The notes beneath the pieces were generated by a model, which was not told the DNA's origin, searched no databases, and saw nothing but the letters and a program-made list of their open reading frames with translations. This document shows positions 39,801 through 51,284 of a stretch of 64,000 bases of DNA, piece after piece (positions within the stretch are counted from its first letter, which is position 1; each line of letters opens with the position of its first letter). The stretch covers positions 23,976,025-24,040,024 of the forward strand of contig OZ059895.1 in the NCBI GenBank assembly GCA_964057225.1. The letters are read 5' to 3'. Origin of the DNA: Auanema rhodensis (Eukaryota > Animalia > Nematoda). The position numbers and the translations under genes are program-made.

Positions 39801-42800
39801 AAATTTTTATTGATATTGGTGCATGGTAACCATGACTTTGAATTTTACGTGAACTTTAATTTATGCTAATTAAATGTACACGTGATGTGCACTTGGTATG
39901 TAACTCGCTTCACGTGAAAGATAAAGAGATGCGGTTTTCAAAATTAGATTCCCCATGTCCATATTAGTCTAAAAACAAATTTTTATTGATATTGGTGCAT
40001 GGTAACCATGACTTTGAAATTTACATGAACTTTAATTTATGCTAATTAAATGTACACGTGATGTGCACTTGGTATGTAACTCGCTTCACGTGAAAGATAA
40101 AGAGATGCGGTTTTCAAAATTAGATTCCCCATGTCCATATTAGTCTGAAAACAAATTTTTATTGATATTGGTGCATGGTAACCATGACTTTGAAATTTAC
40201 GTGAACTTTAATTTATGCTAATTAAATGTACACGTGATGTGCACTTGGTATGTAACTCGCTTCACGTGAAAGATAAAGAGATGCGGTTTTCAAAATCAGA
40301 TTCCCCATGTCCATATTAGTCTAAAAACAAATTTTTATTGATATTGGTTCATGGTAACCATGACTTTGAAATTTACGTGAACTTTAATTTATGCTAATTA
40401 AATGTACACGTGATGTGCACTTGGTATGTAACTCGCTTCACGTAAAAGATAAAGAGATGCGGTTTTCAAAATTAGATTCCCCATGTCCATATTAGTCTAA
40501 AAACAAATTTTTATTGATATTGGTGCATGGTAACCATGACTTTGAATTTTACGTGAACTTTAATTTATGCTAATTAAATGTACACGTGATGTGCACTTGG
40601 TATGTAACTCGCTTCACGTGAAAGATAAAGAGATGCGGTTTTCAAAATTAGATTCCCCATGTCCATATTAGTCTAAAAACAAATTTTTATTGATATTGGT
40701 GCATGGTAACCATGACTTTGAAATTTACGTGAACTTTAATTTATGCTAATTAAATGTACACGTGATGTGCACTTGGTATGTAACTCGCTTCACGTGAAAG
40801 ATAAAGAGATGCGGTTTTCAAAATTAGATTCCCCATGTCCATATTAGTCTAAAAACAAATTTTTATTGATATTGGTGCATGGTAACCATGACTTTGAATT
40901 TTACGTGAACTTTAATTTATGCTAATTAAATGTACACGTGATGTGCACTTGGTATGTAACTCGCTTCACGTGAAAGATAAAGAGATGCGGTTTTCAAAAT
41001 TAGATTCCCCATGTCCATATTAGTCTAAAAACAAATTTTTATTGATATTGCTTCATGGTAACCATGACTTTGAAATTTACGTGAACTTTAATTTATGCTA
41101 ATTAAATGTACACGTGATGTGCACTTGGTATGTAACTCGCTTCACGTGAAAGATAAAGAGATGCGGTTTTCAAAATTAGATTCCCCATGTCCATATTAGT
41201 CTAAAAACAAATTTTTATTGATATTGGTTCATGGTAACCATGACTTTGAAATTTACGTGAACTTTAATTTATGCTAATTAAATGTACACGTGATGTGCAC
41301 TTGGTATGTAACTCGCTTCACGTGAAAGATAAAGAGATGCGGTTTTCAAAATTAGATTCCCCATGTCCATATTAGTCTAAAAACAAATTTTTATTGATAT
41401 TGGTGCATGGTAACCATGACTTTGAAATTTACATGAACTTTAATTTATGCTAATTAAATGTACACGTGATGTGCACTTGGTATGTAACTCGCTTCACGTG
41501 AAAGATAAAGAGATGCGGTTTTCAAAATTAGATTCCCCATGTCCATATTAGTCTGAAAACAAATTTTTATTGATATTGGTGCATGGTAACCATGACTTTG
41601 AAATTTACGTGAACTTTAATTTATGCTAATTAAATGTACACGTGATGTGCACTTGGTATGTAACTCGCTTCACGTGAAAGATAAAGAGATGCGGTTTTCA
41701 AAATCAGATTCCCCATGTCCATATTAGTCTAAAAACAAATTTTTATTGATATTGGTTCATGGTAACCATGACTTTGAAATTTACGTGAACTTTAATTTAT
41801 GCTAATTAAATGTACACGTGATGTGCACTTGGTATGTAACTCGCTTCACGTAAAAGATAAAGGGATGCAGTTTTCAAAATTAGATTCCCCATGTCCATAT
41901 TAGTCTAAAAACAAATTTTTATTGATATTGGTGCATGGTAACCATGACTTTGAATTTTACGTGAACTTTAATTTATGCTAATTAAATGTACACGTGATGT
42001 GCACTTGGTATGTAACTCGCTTCACGTAAAAGATAAAGAGATGCGGTTTTCAAAATTAGATTCCCATGTCCATATTAATCTAAAAACAAATTTTTATTGA
42101 TATTGGTGCATGGTAACCATGACTTTGAAATTTACGTGAACTTTAATTTATGCTAATTAAATATACACGTGATGTGCACTTGTTATGTAACTCGCTTCAC
42201 GTAAAAGATAAAGAGATGCGGTTTTCAAAATTAGATTCCCCATGTCCATATTAGTCCAAAAACAAATTTTTTTTGATATTGGTGCATGGTAACCATGACT
42301 TTGAATTTTACGTGAACTTTAATTTATGCTAATTAAATGTACACGTGATGTGCACTTGGTATGTAACTCGCTTCACGTGAAAGATAAAGAGATGCGGTTT
42401 TCAAAATTAGATTCCCCATGTCCATATTAGTCTAAAAACAAATTTTTATTGATATTGGTGCATGGTAACCATGACTTTGAAATTTACGTGAACTTTAGTT
42501 TATGCTAATTAAATGTACACGTGATGTGCACTTGGTATGTAACTCGCTTCACGTGAAAGATAAAGAGATGCGGTTTTCAAAATTAGATTCCCCATGTCCA
42601 TATTAGTCTAAAAACAAATTTTTATTGATATTGGTGCATGGTAACCATGACTTTGAAATTTACGTGAACTTTAATTTATGCTAATTAAATGTACACGTGA
42701 TGTGCACTTGGTATGTAACTCGCTTCACGTGAAAGATAAAGAGATGCGGTTTTCAAAATTAGATTCCCCATGTCCATATTAGTCTAAAAACAAATTTTTA

Positions 42801-45800
42801 TTGATATTGGTGCATGGTAACCATGACTTTGAAATTTACGTGAACTTTAATTTATGCTAATTAAATGTACACGTGATGTGCACTTGGTATGTAACTCGCT
42901 TCACGTGAAAGATAAAGAGATGCGGTTTTCAAAATTAGATTCCCCATGTCCATATTAGTCTAAAAACAAATTTTTATTGATATTGGTGCATGGTAACCAT
43001 GACTTTGAATTTTACGTGAACTTTAATTTATGCTAATTAAATGTACACGTGATGTGCACTTGGTATGTAACTCGCTTCACGTGAAAGATAAAGAGATGCG
43101 GTTTTCAAAATTAGATTCCCCATGTCCATATTAGTCTAAAAACAAATTTTTATTGATATTGGTTCATGGTAACCATGACTTTGAAATTTACGTGAACTTT
43201 AATTTATGCTAATTAAATGTACACGTGATGTGCACTTGGTATGTAACTCGCTTCACGTGAAAGATAAAGAGATGCGGTTTTCAAAATTAGATTCCCCATG
43301 TCCATATTAGTCTAAAAACAAATTTTTATTGATATTGCTTCATGGTAACCATGACTTTGAAATTTACGTGAACTTTAATTTATGCTAATTGAATGTACAC
43401 GTGATGTGCACTTGGTATGTAACTCGCTTCACGTGAAAGATAAAGAGATGCGGTTTTCAAAATTAGATTCCCCATGTCCATATTAGTCTAAAAACAAATT
43501 TTTATTGATATTGGTGCATGGTAACCATGACTTTGAAATTTACGTGAACTTTAATTTATGCTAATTAAATGTACACGTGATGTGCACTTGGTATGTAACT
43601 CGCTTCACGTGAAAGATAAAGAGATGCGGTTTTCAAAATTAGATTCCCCATGTCCATATTAGTCTAAAAACAAATTTTTATTGATATTGGTTCATGGTAA
43701 CCATGACTTTGAAATTTACGTGAACTTTAATTTATGCTAATTAAATGTACACGTGATGTGCACTTGGTATGTAACTCGCTTCACGTGAAAGATAAAGAGA
43801 TGCGGTTTTCAAAATTAGATTCCCCATGTCCATATTAGTCTAAAAACAAATTTTTATTGATATTGGTGCATGGTAACCATGACTTTGAAATTTACGTGAA
43901 CTTTAATTTATGCTAATTAAATGTACACGTGATGTGCACTTGGTATGTAACTCGCTTCACGTGAAAGATAAAGAGATGCGGTTTTCAAAATTAGATTCCC
44001 CATGTCCATATTAGTCTAAAAACAAATTTTTATTGATATTGGTGCATGGTAACCATGACTTTGAATTTTACGTGAACTTTAATTTATGCTAATTAAATGT
44101 ACAAGTGATGTGCACTTGGTATGTAACTCGCTTCACGTGAAAGATAAAGAGATGCGGTTTTCAAAATTAGATTCCCCATGTCCATATTAGTCTAAAAACA
44201 AATTTTTATTGATATTGGTTCATGGTAACCATGACTTTGAAATTTACGTGAACTTTAATTTATGCTAATTAAATGTACACGTGATGTGCACTTGGTTTGT
44301 AACTCGCTTCACGTGAAAGATAAAGAGATGCGGTTTTCAAAATTAGATTCCCCATGTCCATATTAGTCTAAAAACAAATTTTTATTGATATTGGTTCATG
44401 GTAACCATGACTTTGAAATTTACGTGAACTTTAATTTATGCTAATTAAATGTACACGTGATGTGCACTTGGTATGTAACTCGCTTCACGTGAAAGATAAA
44501 GAGATGCGGTTTTCAAAATTAGATTCCCCATGTCCATATTAGTCTAAAAACAAATTTTTATTGATATTGGTGCATGGTAACCATGACTTTGAAATTTACG
44601 TGAACTTTAATTTATGCTAATTAAATGTACACGTGATGTGCACTTGGTATGTAACTCGCTTCACGTGAAAGATAAAGAGATGCGGTTTTCAAAATTAGAT
44701 TCCCCATGTCCATATTAGTCTAAAAACAAATTTTTATTGATATTGGTGCATGGTAACCATGACTTTGAAATTTACGTGAACTTTAATTTATGCAAATTAA
44801 ATGTACACGTGATGTGCACTTGGTATGTAACTCGCTTCACGTGAAAGATAAAGAGATGCGGTTTTCAAAATTAGATTCCCCATGTCCATATTAGTCTAAA
44901 AACAAATTTTTATTGATATTGGTGCATGATAACCATGACTTTGAATTTTACGTGAACTTTAATTTATGCTAATTAAATGTACACGTGATGTGCACTTGGT
45001 ATGTAACTCGCTTCACGTGAAAGATAAAGAGATGCGGTTTTCAAAATTAGATTCCCCATGTCCATATTAGTCTAAAAACAAATTTTTATTGATATTGGTT
45101 CATGGTAACCATGACTTTGAAATTTACGTGAACTTTAATTTATGCTAATTAAATGTACACGTGATGTGCACTTGGTATGTAACTCGCTTCACGTGAAAGA
45201 TAAAGAGATGCGGTTTTCAAAATTAGATTCCCCATGTCCATATTAGTCTAAAAACAAATTTTTATTGATATTGCTTCATGGTAACCATGACTTTGAAATT
45301 TACGTGAACTTTAATTTATGCTAATTAAATGTACACGTGATGTGCACTTGGTATGTAACTCGCTTCACGTGAAAGATAAAGAGATGCGGTTTTCAAAATT
45401 AGATTCCCCATGTCCATATTAGTCTAAAAACAAATTTTTATTGATATTGGTGCATGGTAACCATGACTTTGAAATTTACGTGAACTTTAATTTATGCTAA
45501 TTAAATGTACACGTGATGTGCACTTGGTATGTAACTCGCTTCACGTGAAAGATAAAGAGATGCGGTTTTCAAAATTAGATTCCCCATGTCCATATTAGTC
45601 TAAAAACAAATTTTTATTGATATTGGTTCATGGTAACCATGACTTTGAAATTTACGTAAACTTTAATTTATGCTAATTAAATGTACACGTGATGTGCACT
45701 TGGTATGTAACTCGCTTCACGTGAAAGATAAAGAGATGCGGTTTTCAAAATTAGATTCCCCATGTCCATATTAGTCTAAAAACAAATTTTTATTGATATT

Positions 45801-48800
45801 GGTGCATGGTAACCATGACTTTGAAATTTACGTGAACTTTAATTTATGCTAATTAAATGTACACGTGATGTGCACTTGGTATGTAACTCGCTTCACGTGA
45901 AAGATAAAGAGATGCGGTTTTCAAAATTAGATTCCCCATGTCCATATTAGTCTAAAAACAAATTTTTATTGATATTGGTGCATGGTAACCATGACTTTGA
46001 AATTTACGTGAACTTTAATTTATGCTAATTAAATGTACACGTGATGTGCACTTGGTATGTAACTCGCTTCACGTGAAAGATAAAGAGATGCGGTTTTCAA
46101 AATTAGATTCCCCATGTCCATATTAGTCTAAAAACAAATTTTTATTGATATTGGTGCATGGTAACCATGACTTTGAATTTTACGTGAACTTTAATTTATG
46201 CTAATTAAATGTACACGTGATGTGCACTTGGTATGTAACTCGCTTCACGTGAAAGATAAAGAGATGCGGTTTTCAAAATTAGATTCCACATGTCCATATT
46301 AGTCTAAAAACAAATTTTTATTGATATTGGTGCATGGTAACCATGACTTTGAAATTTACGTGAACTTTAATTTATGCTAATTAAATGTACACGTGATGTG
46401 CACTTGGTATGTAACTCGCTTCACGTGAAAGATAAAGAGATGCGGTTTTCAAAATTAGATTCCCCATGTCCATATTAGTCTAAAAACAAATTTTTATTGA
46501 TATTGGTGCATGGTAACCATGACTTTGAATTTTACGTGAACTTTAATTTATGCTAATTAAATGTACACGTGATGTGCACTTGGTATGTAACTCGCTTCAC
46601 GTGAAAGATAAAGAGATGCGGTTTTCAAAATGAGATTCCCCATGTCCATATTAGTCTAAAAACAAATTTTTATTGATATTGGTGCATGGTAACCATGACT
46701 TTGAATTTTACGTGAACTTTAATTTATGCTAATTAAATGTACAAGTGATGTGCACTTGGTATGTAACTCGCTTCACGTGAAAGATAAAGAGATGCGGTTT
46801 TCAAAATTAGATTCCCCATGTCCATATTAGTCTAAAAACAAATTTTTATTGATATTGGTTCATGGTAACCATGACTTTGAAATTTACGTGAACTTTAATT
46901 TATGCTAATTAAATGTACACGTGATGTGCACTTGGTTTGTAACTCGCTTCACGTGAAAGATAAAGAGATGCGGTTTTCAAAATTAGATTCCCCATGTCCA
47001 TATTAGTCTAAAAACAAATTTTTATTGATATTGGTTCATGGTAACCATGACTTTGAAATTTACGTGAACTTTAATTTATGCTAATTAAATGTACACGTGA
47101 TGTGCACTTGGTATGTAACTCGCTTCACGTGAAAGATAAAGAGATGCGGTTTTCAAAATTAGATTCTCCATGTCCATATTAGTCTAAAAACAAATTTTTA
47201 TTGATATTGGTGCATGGTAACCATGACTTTGAAATTTACGTGAACTTTAATTTATGCTAATTAAATGTACACGTGATGTGCACTTGGTATGTAACTCGCT
47301 TCACGTGAAAGATAAAGAGATGCGGTTTTCAAAATTAGATTCCCCATGTCCATATTAGTCTAAAAACAAATTTTTATTGATATTGCTTCATGGTAACCAT
47401 GACTTTGAAATTTACGTGAACTTTAATTTATGCTAATTAAATGTACACGTGATGTGCACTTGGTATGTAACTCGCTTCACGTGAAAGATAAAGAGATGCG
47501 GTTTTCAAAATTAGATTCCCCATGTCCATATTAGTCTAAAAACAAATTTTTATTGATATTGGTGCATGGTAACCATGACTTTGAAATTTACGTGAACTTT
47601 AATTTATGCAAATTAAATGTACACGTGATGTGCACTTGGTATGTAACTCGCTTCACGTGAAAGATAAAGAGATGCGGTTTTCAAAATTAGATTCCCCATG
47701 TCCATATTAGTCTAAAAACAAATTTTTATTGATATTAGTGCATGATAACCATGACTTTGAATTTTACGTGAACTTTAATTTATGCTAATTAAATGTACAC
47801 GTGATGTGCACTTGGTATGTAACTCGCTTCACGTGAAAGATAAAGAGATGCGGTTTTCAAAATTAGATTCCCCATGTCCATATTAGTCTAAAAACAAATT
47901 TTTATTGATATTGGTGCATGATAACCATGACTTTGAATTTTACGTGAACTTTAATTTATGCTAATTAAATGTACACGTGATGTGCACTTGGTATGTAACT
48001 CGCTTCACGTGAAAGATAAAGAGATGCGGTTTTCAAAATTAGATTCCCCATGTCCATATTAGTCTAAAAACAAATTTTTATTGATATTGGTGCATGGTAA
48101 CCATGACTTTGAAATTTACGTGAACTTTAATTTATGCTAATTAAATGTACACGTGATGTGCACTTGGTATGTAACTCGCTTCACGTGAAAGATAAAGAGA
48201 TGCGGTTTTCAAAATTAGATTCCCCATGTCCATATTAGTCTAAAAACAAATTTTTATTGATATTGGTGCATGATAACCATGACTTTGAATTTTACGTGAA
48301 CTTTAATTTATGCTAATTAAATGTACACGTGATGTGCACTTGGTATGTAACTCGCTTCACGTGAAAGATAAAGAGATGCGGTTTTCAAAATTAGATTCCC
48401 CATGTCCATATTAGTCTAAAAACAAATTTTTATTGATATTGGTGCATGGTAACCATGACTTTGAAATTTACGTGAACTTTAATTTATGCTAATTAAATGT
48501 ACACGTGATGTGCACTTGGTATGTAACTCGCTTCACGTGAAAGATAAAGAGATGCGGTTTTCAAAATTAGATTCCCCATGTCCATATTAGTCTAAAAACA
48601 AATTTTTATTGATATTAGTGCATGATAACCATGACTTTGAATTTTACGTGAACTTTAATTTATGCTAATTAAATGTACACGTGATGTGCACTTGGTATGT
48701 AACTCGCTTCACGTGAAAGATAAAGAGATGCGGTTTTCAAAATTAGATTCCCCATGTCCATATTAGTCTAAAAACAAATTTTTATTGATATTGGTGCATG

Positions 48801-49715
48801 GTAACCATGACTTTGAAATTTACGTGAACTTTAATTTATGCTAATTAAATGTACACGTGATGTGCACTTGGTATGTAACTCGCTTCACGTGAAAGATAAA
48901 GAGATGCGGTTTTCAAAATTAGATTCCCCATGTCCATATTAGTCTAAAAACAAATTTTTATTGATATTGGTGCATGATAACCATGACTTTGAATTTTACG
49001 TGAACTTTAATTTATGCTAATTAAATGTACACGTGATGTGCACTTGGTATGTAACTCGCTTCACGTGAAAGATAAAGAGATGCGGTTTTCACAATTAGAT
49101 TCCCCATGTCCATATTAGTCTAAAAACAAATTTTTATTGATATTGGTGCATGGTAACCATGACTTTGAAATTTACGTGAACTTTAATTTATGCTAATTAA
49201 ATGTACACGTGATGTGCACTTGGTATGTAACTCGCTTCACGTGAAAGATAAAGAGATGCGGTTTTCAAAATTAGATTCCCCATGTCCATATTAGTCTAAA
49301 AACAAATTTTTATTGATATTGGTGCATGGTAACCATGACTTTGAAATTTACGTGAACTTTAATTTATGCAAATTAAATGTACACGTGATGTGCACTTGGT
49401 ATGTAACTCGCTTCACGTGAAAGATAAAGAGATGCGGTTTTCAAAATTAGATTCCCCATGTCCATATTAGTCTAAAAACAAATTTTTATTGATATTGGTG
49501 CATGATAACCATGACTTTGAATTTTACGTGAACTTTAATTTATGCTAATTAAATGTACACGTGATGTGCACTTGGTATGTAACTCGCTTCACGTGAAAGA
49601 TAAAGAGATGCGGTTTTCAAAATTAGATTCCCCATGTCCATATTAGTCTAAAAACAAATTTTTATTGATATTGGTGCATGGTAACCATGACTTTGAAATT
49701 TACGTGAACTTTAAT
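18840..49715. repeat. 176-bp satellite tandem array, segment 2
   Basis: Resumes at monomer position ~152 (ACCATGACTTTG) and runs to position 7 (CTTTAAT) at 49715, with the same orientation and consensus as segment 1. Confidence 0.99.
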
Positions 49716-49886
49716 GGTCCTCTGTTGTTTTTATGGTCCTCTGTTGTTTTTATGGTCCTCTGTTGTTTTTATGGTCCTCTGTTGTTTTTATGGTCCTCTG
49801 TTGTTTTTATGGTCCTCTGTTGTTTTTATGGTCCTCTGTTGTTTTTATGGTCCTCTGTTGTTTTTAGGGTCCTCTGTTGTTTTTAT
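49716..49886 (+). repeat. Nine tandem copies of the 19-mer GGTCCTCTGTTGTTTTTAT at the element's 5' end
   Basis: Copies start at 49716, 49735, 49754, 49773, 49792, 49811, 49830, 49849 (ends TAG instead of TAT) and 49868. The last copy is in frame with the RT and encodes GPLLFL. Confidence 0.97.
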
Positions 49887-50743
49887 TTTACATAAATGAC
49901 ATAACATCCGATTTTCCTAATGATGTCAGCTCCATTCTCTATGCAGATGATTTGAAGCTCTACAGCAAAAACCCTACTAGTTTACAGCGGGCTCTTGATC
50001 AATTAAAATTATGGTGCGACTCAAACGGGATGGCCGTTAACATCTCTAAATCTAAAATAATGGTTATGTCAAATAAACCAATTAGTAATCCTGAAAACTT
50101 CGCTTTCACTTTTGGTAACTTTAACCTATCTTCAGTAGATTGTTACAAAGATCTTGGAGTATTCACAGATTACAATCTCTCCTTCTCAAACCACATAAAC
50201 AAAATCACAAGTGAAGCAGCAAAAAAATGTAAAATAATTTTACGTTGTTTCTACTCTAAATCGCCTTCTCTTATGTACAACTTATTCTGTACTTACATAA
50301 GACCAATATTGGAATATGCTTCTATTATCTGGTCCCCACAAGATTCTAAAGACAAAGACCGAATTGAAAATGTTCAAAAAAAGTTTCTGCGCGCAGTTTT
50401 CATGCGCTCAGGATCTAAAATGAGCTATGAAGATCAACTGTCTTTGTTAGGGGGGCAAAAGTTATTTTTCAGAAGACTAGTTTTCGATTTAATTTTTTAT
50501 TTTAACCAAATAAAACAACCAATTTCAGAGAATACTTTGAAAATTTTTAAGCTCAAAAAATTCACACACTCACTAAGGCGTCACGAATGGACTGTGGATT
50601 TTCCAAACGTCCAGAAGACTCAAACTAGAAGAGGTATCGAGTACAGAGCCATAGAACTCTGGAATTCAATACCATCAAACATTGTGAGTCTTGAAAAAGC
50701 TCCCAAATTTCGCAAACATCTTCAACTTTTCCTTAGCGATTAG
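49868..50743 (+). pseudogene. Truncated LINE ORF2: RT from motif GPLLF through YADD to the stop codon, uninterrupted
   Basis: GPLLFLFYINDI...LYADDLK...YKDLGV...RPILEYASIIWSP...FRKHL is collinear with the C-terminal ~290 aa of the element A ORF. The N-terminal RT motifs and a native ATG are missing. Confidence 0.92.
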
Positions 50744-50895
50744 CTTGCACTTTCATTATTAATGTTTTTCGTCTGCTTATGATATTTTGTTCTCTAATTA
50801 TTATTTCAATATGTCTTCTACAAATATCTATGCAAACTATGTTCTTCATGTATCATTTTTTGTTTTCAACCACATCCTTGTTCCCTTTGCTACAA

Positions 50896-51049
50896 TGTTA
50901 CTTCACCATGGACTCTATAGGCATTAGCCATACGAATCTGGTGATAGTTACCTCTGATTACCAGAACGGGCTCGACTTTTTCTCTAAGTTCCACCGCACC
51001 TGGTAAAAGTAAAAATGAGGTCAGGTCATATTTTTTGAACTGAACAAAT
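50896..51049 (+). ncRNA. Putative cis-acting structured RNA (four-way junction) in the element B 3' UTR
   Basis: Helices UGUU/AACA, ACU/AGU + UCACC/GGUGA, GGC-AUUA-GCC, ACCUC/GAGGU, UUACCAG/CUGGUAA, CGG/CCG, GACUU/AAGUU and CAG.UCA/UGA.CUG give the same topology as in element A. Confidence 0.75.
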
Positions 51050-51200
51050 CCCTTGTTTATCAAGGATGGGTTGACAACTATGACACATAGATTTACTTGT
51101 TTAGAATATATATTTTCTACTGACATAATTGATTCAATAATTATTCTTATCTCTATACAATTAATGTTTTCATGTCAATCAATTTATATAATCATGTTCA

Positions 51201-51279
51201 TATTGTAAGGAACTTCTTTTATCCACTTTCTTTTTTCAAAACTGCTATTGTTATAACCTGTGATAAAGAACAATAAACC
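51201..51279 (+). other. Conserved 3'-terminal motif pair of element B, including an AATAAA signal
   Basis: TATTGTAAGG..CTTCT ... TAACCTGTGAT..GAACAATAAACC is shared with element A. No poly(A) follows. Confidence 0.7.
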
Positions 51280-51284
51280 TTGAC

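Larger units (their letters stand above)
49716..51284 (+). mobile_element. Heavily 5'-truncated non-LTR retrotransposon (same group as A, different family), element B
   Basis: 1.57-kb insert made of a 19-bp tandem repeat, the C-terminal half of the RT ORF and a ~540-nt 3' UTR ending AATAAACCTTGAC. Flanked by TAAT at 49712-49715 and 51285-51288, a candidate 2-4-bp TSD. Confidence 0.95.

Noticed and set aside
49665-49899. Repetitive hydrophobic ORFs (76 aa and 61 aa)
   Set aside because: Translation artefacts of the 19-bp tandem repeat. Both stop before joining the RT frame.
50945-51025. Known ribozyme (hairpin, hammerhead, HDV-like), tRNA or SECIS identity for the 3' UTR structure
   Set aside because: The four-way junction and ACCAG/CUGGUA helix recall the hairpin ribozyme, but its loop B consensus (AGAAACA/GUAUAUUAC) is absent. 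There is no CUGANGA/GAAA hammerhead core and no evident HDV nested pseudoknot. GGGCUCGAC only loosely resembles a T-loop or B-box, with no cloverleaf.
50779-51126. Small ORFs in the element B 3' UTR (75 aa plus, 78 aa minus)
   Set aside because: No equivalent ORFs occur in the homologous region of element A. Conservation there follows base pairing rather than codons.
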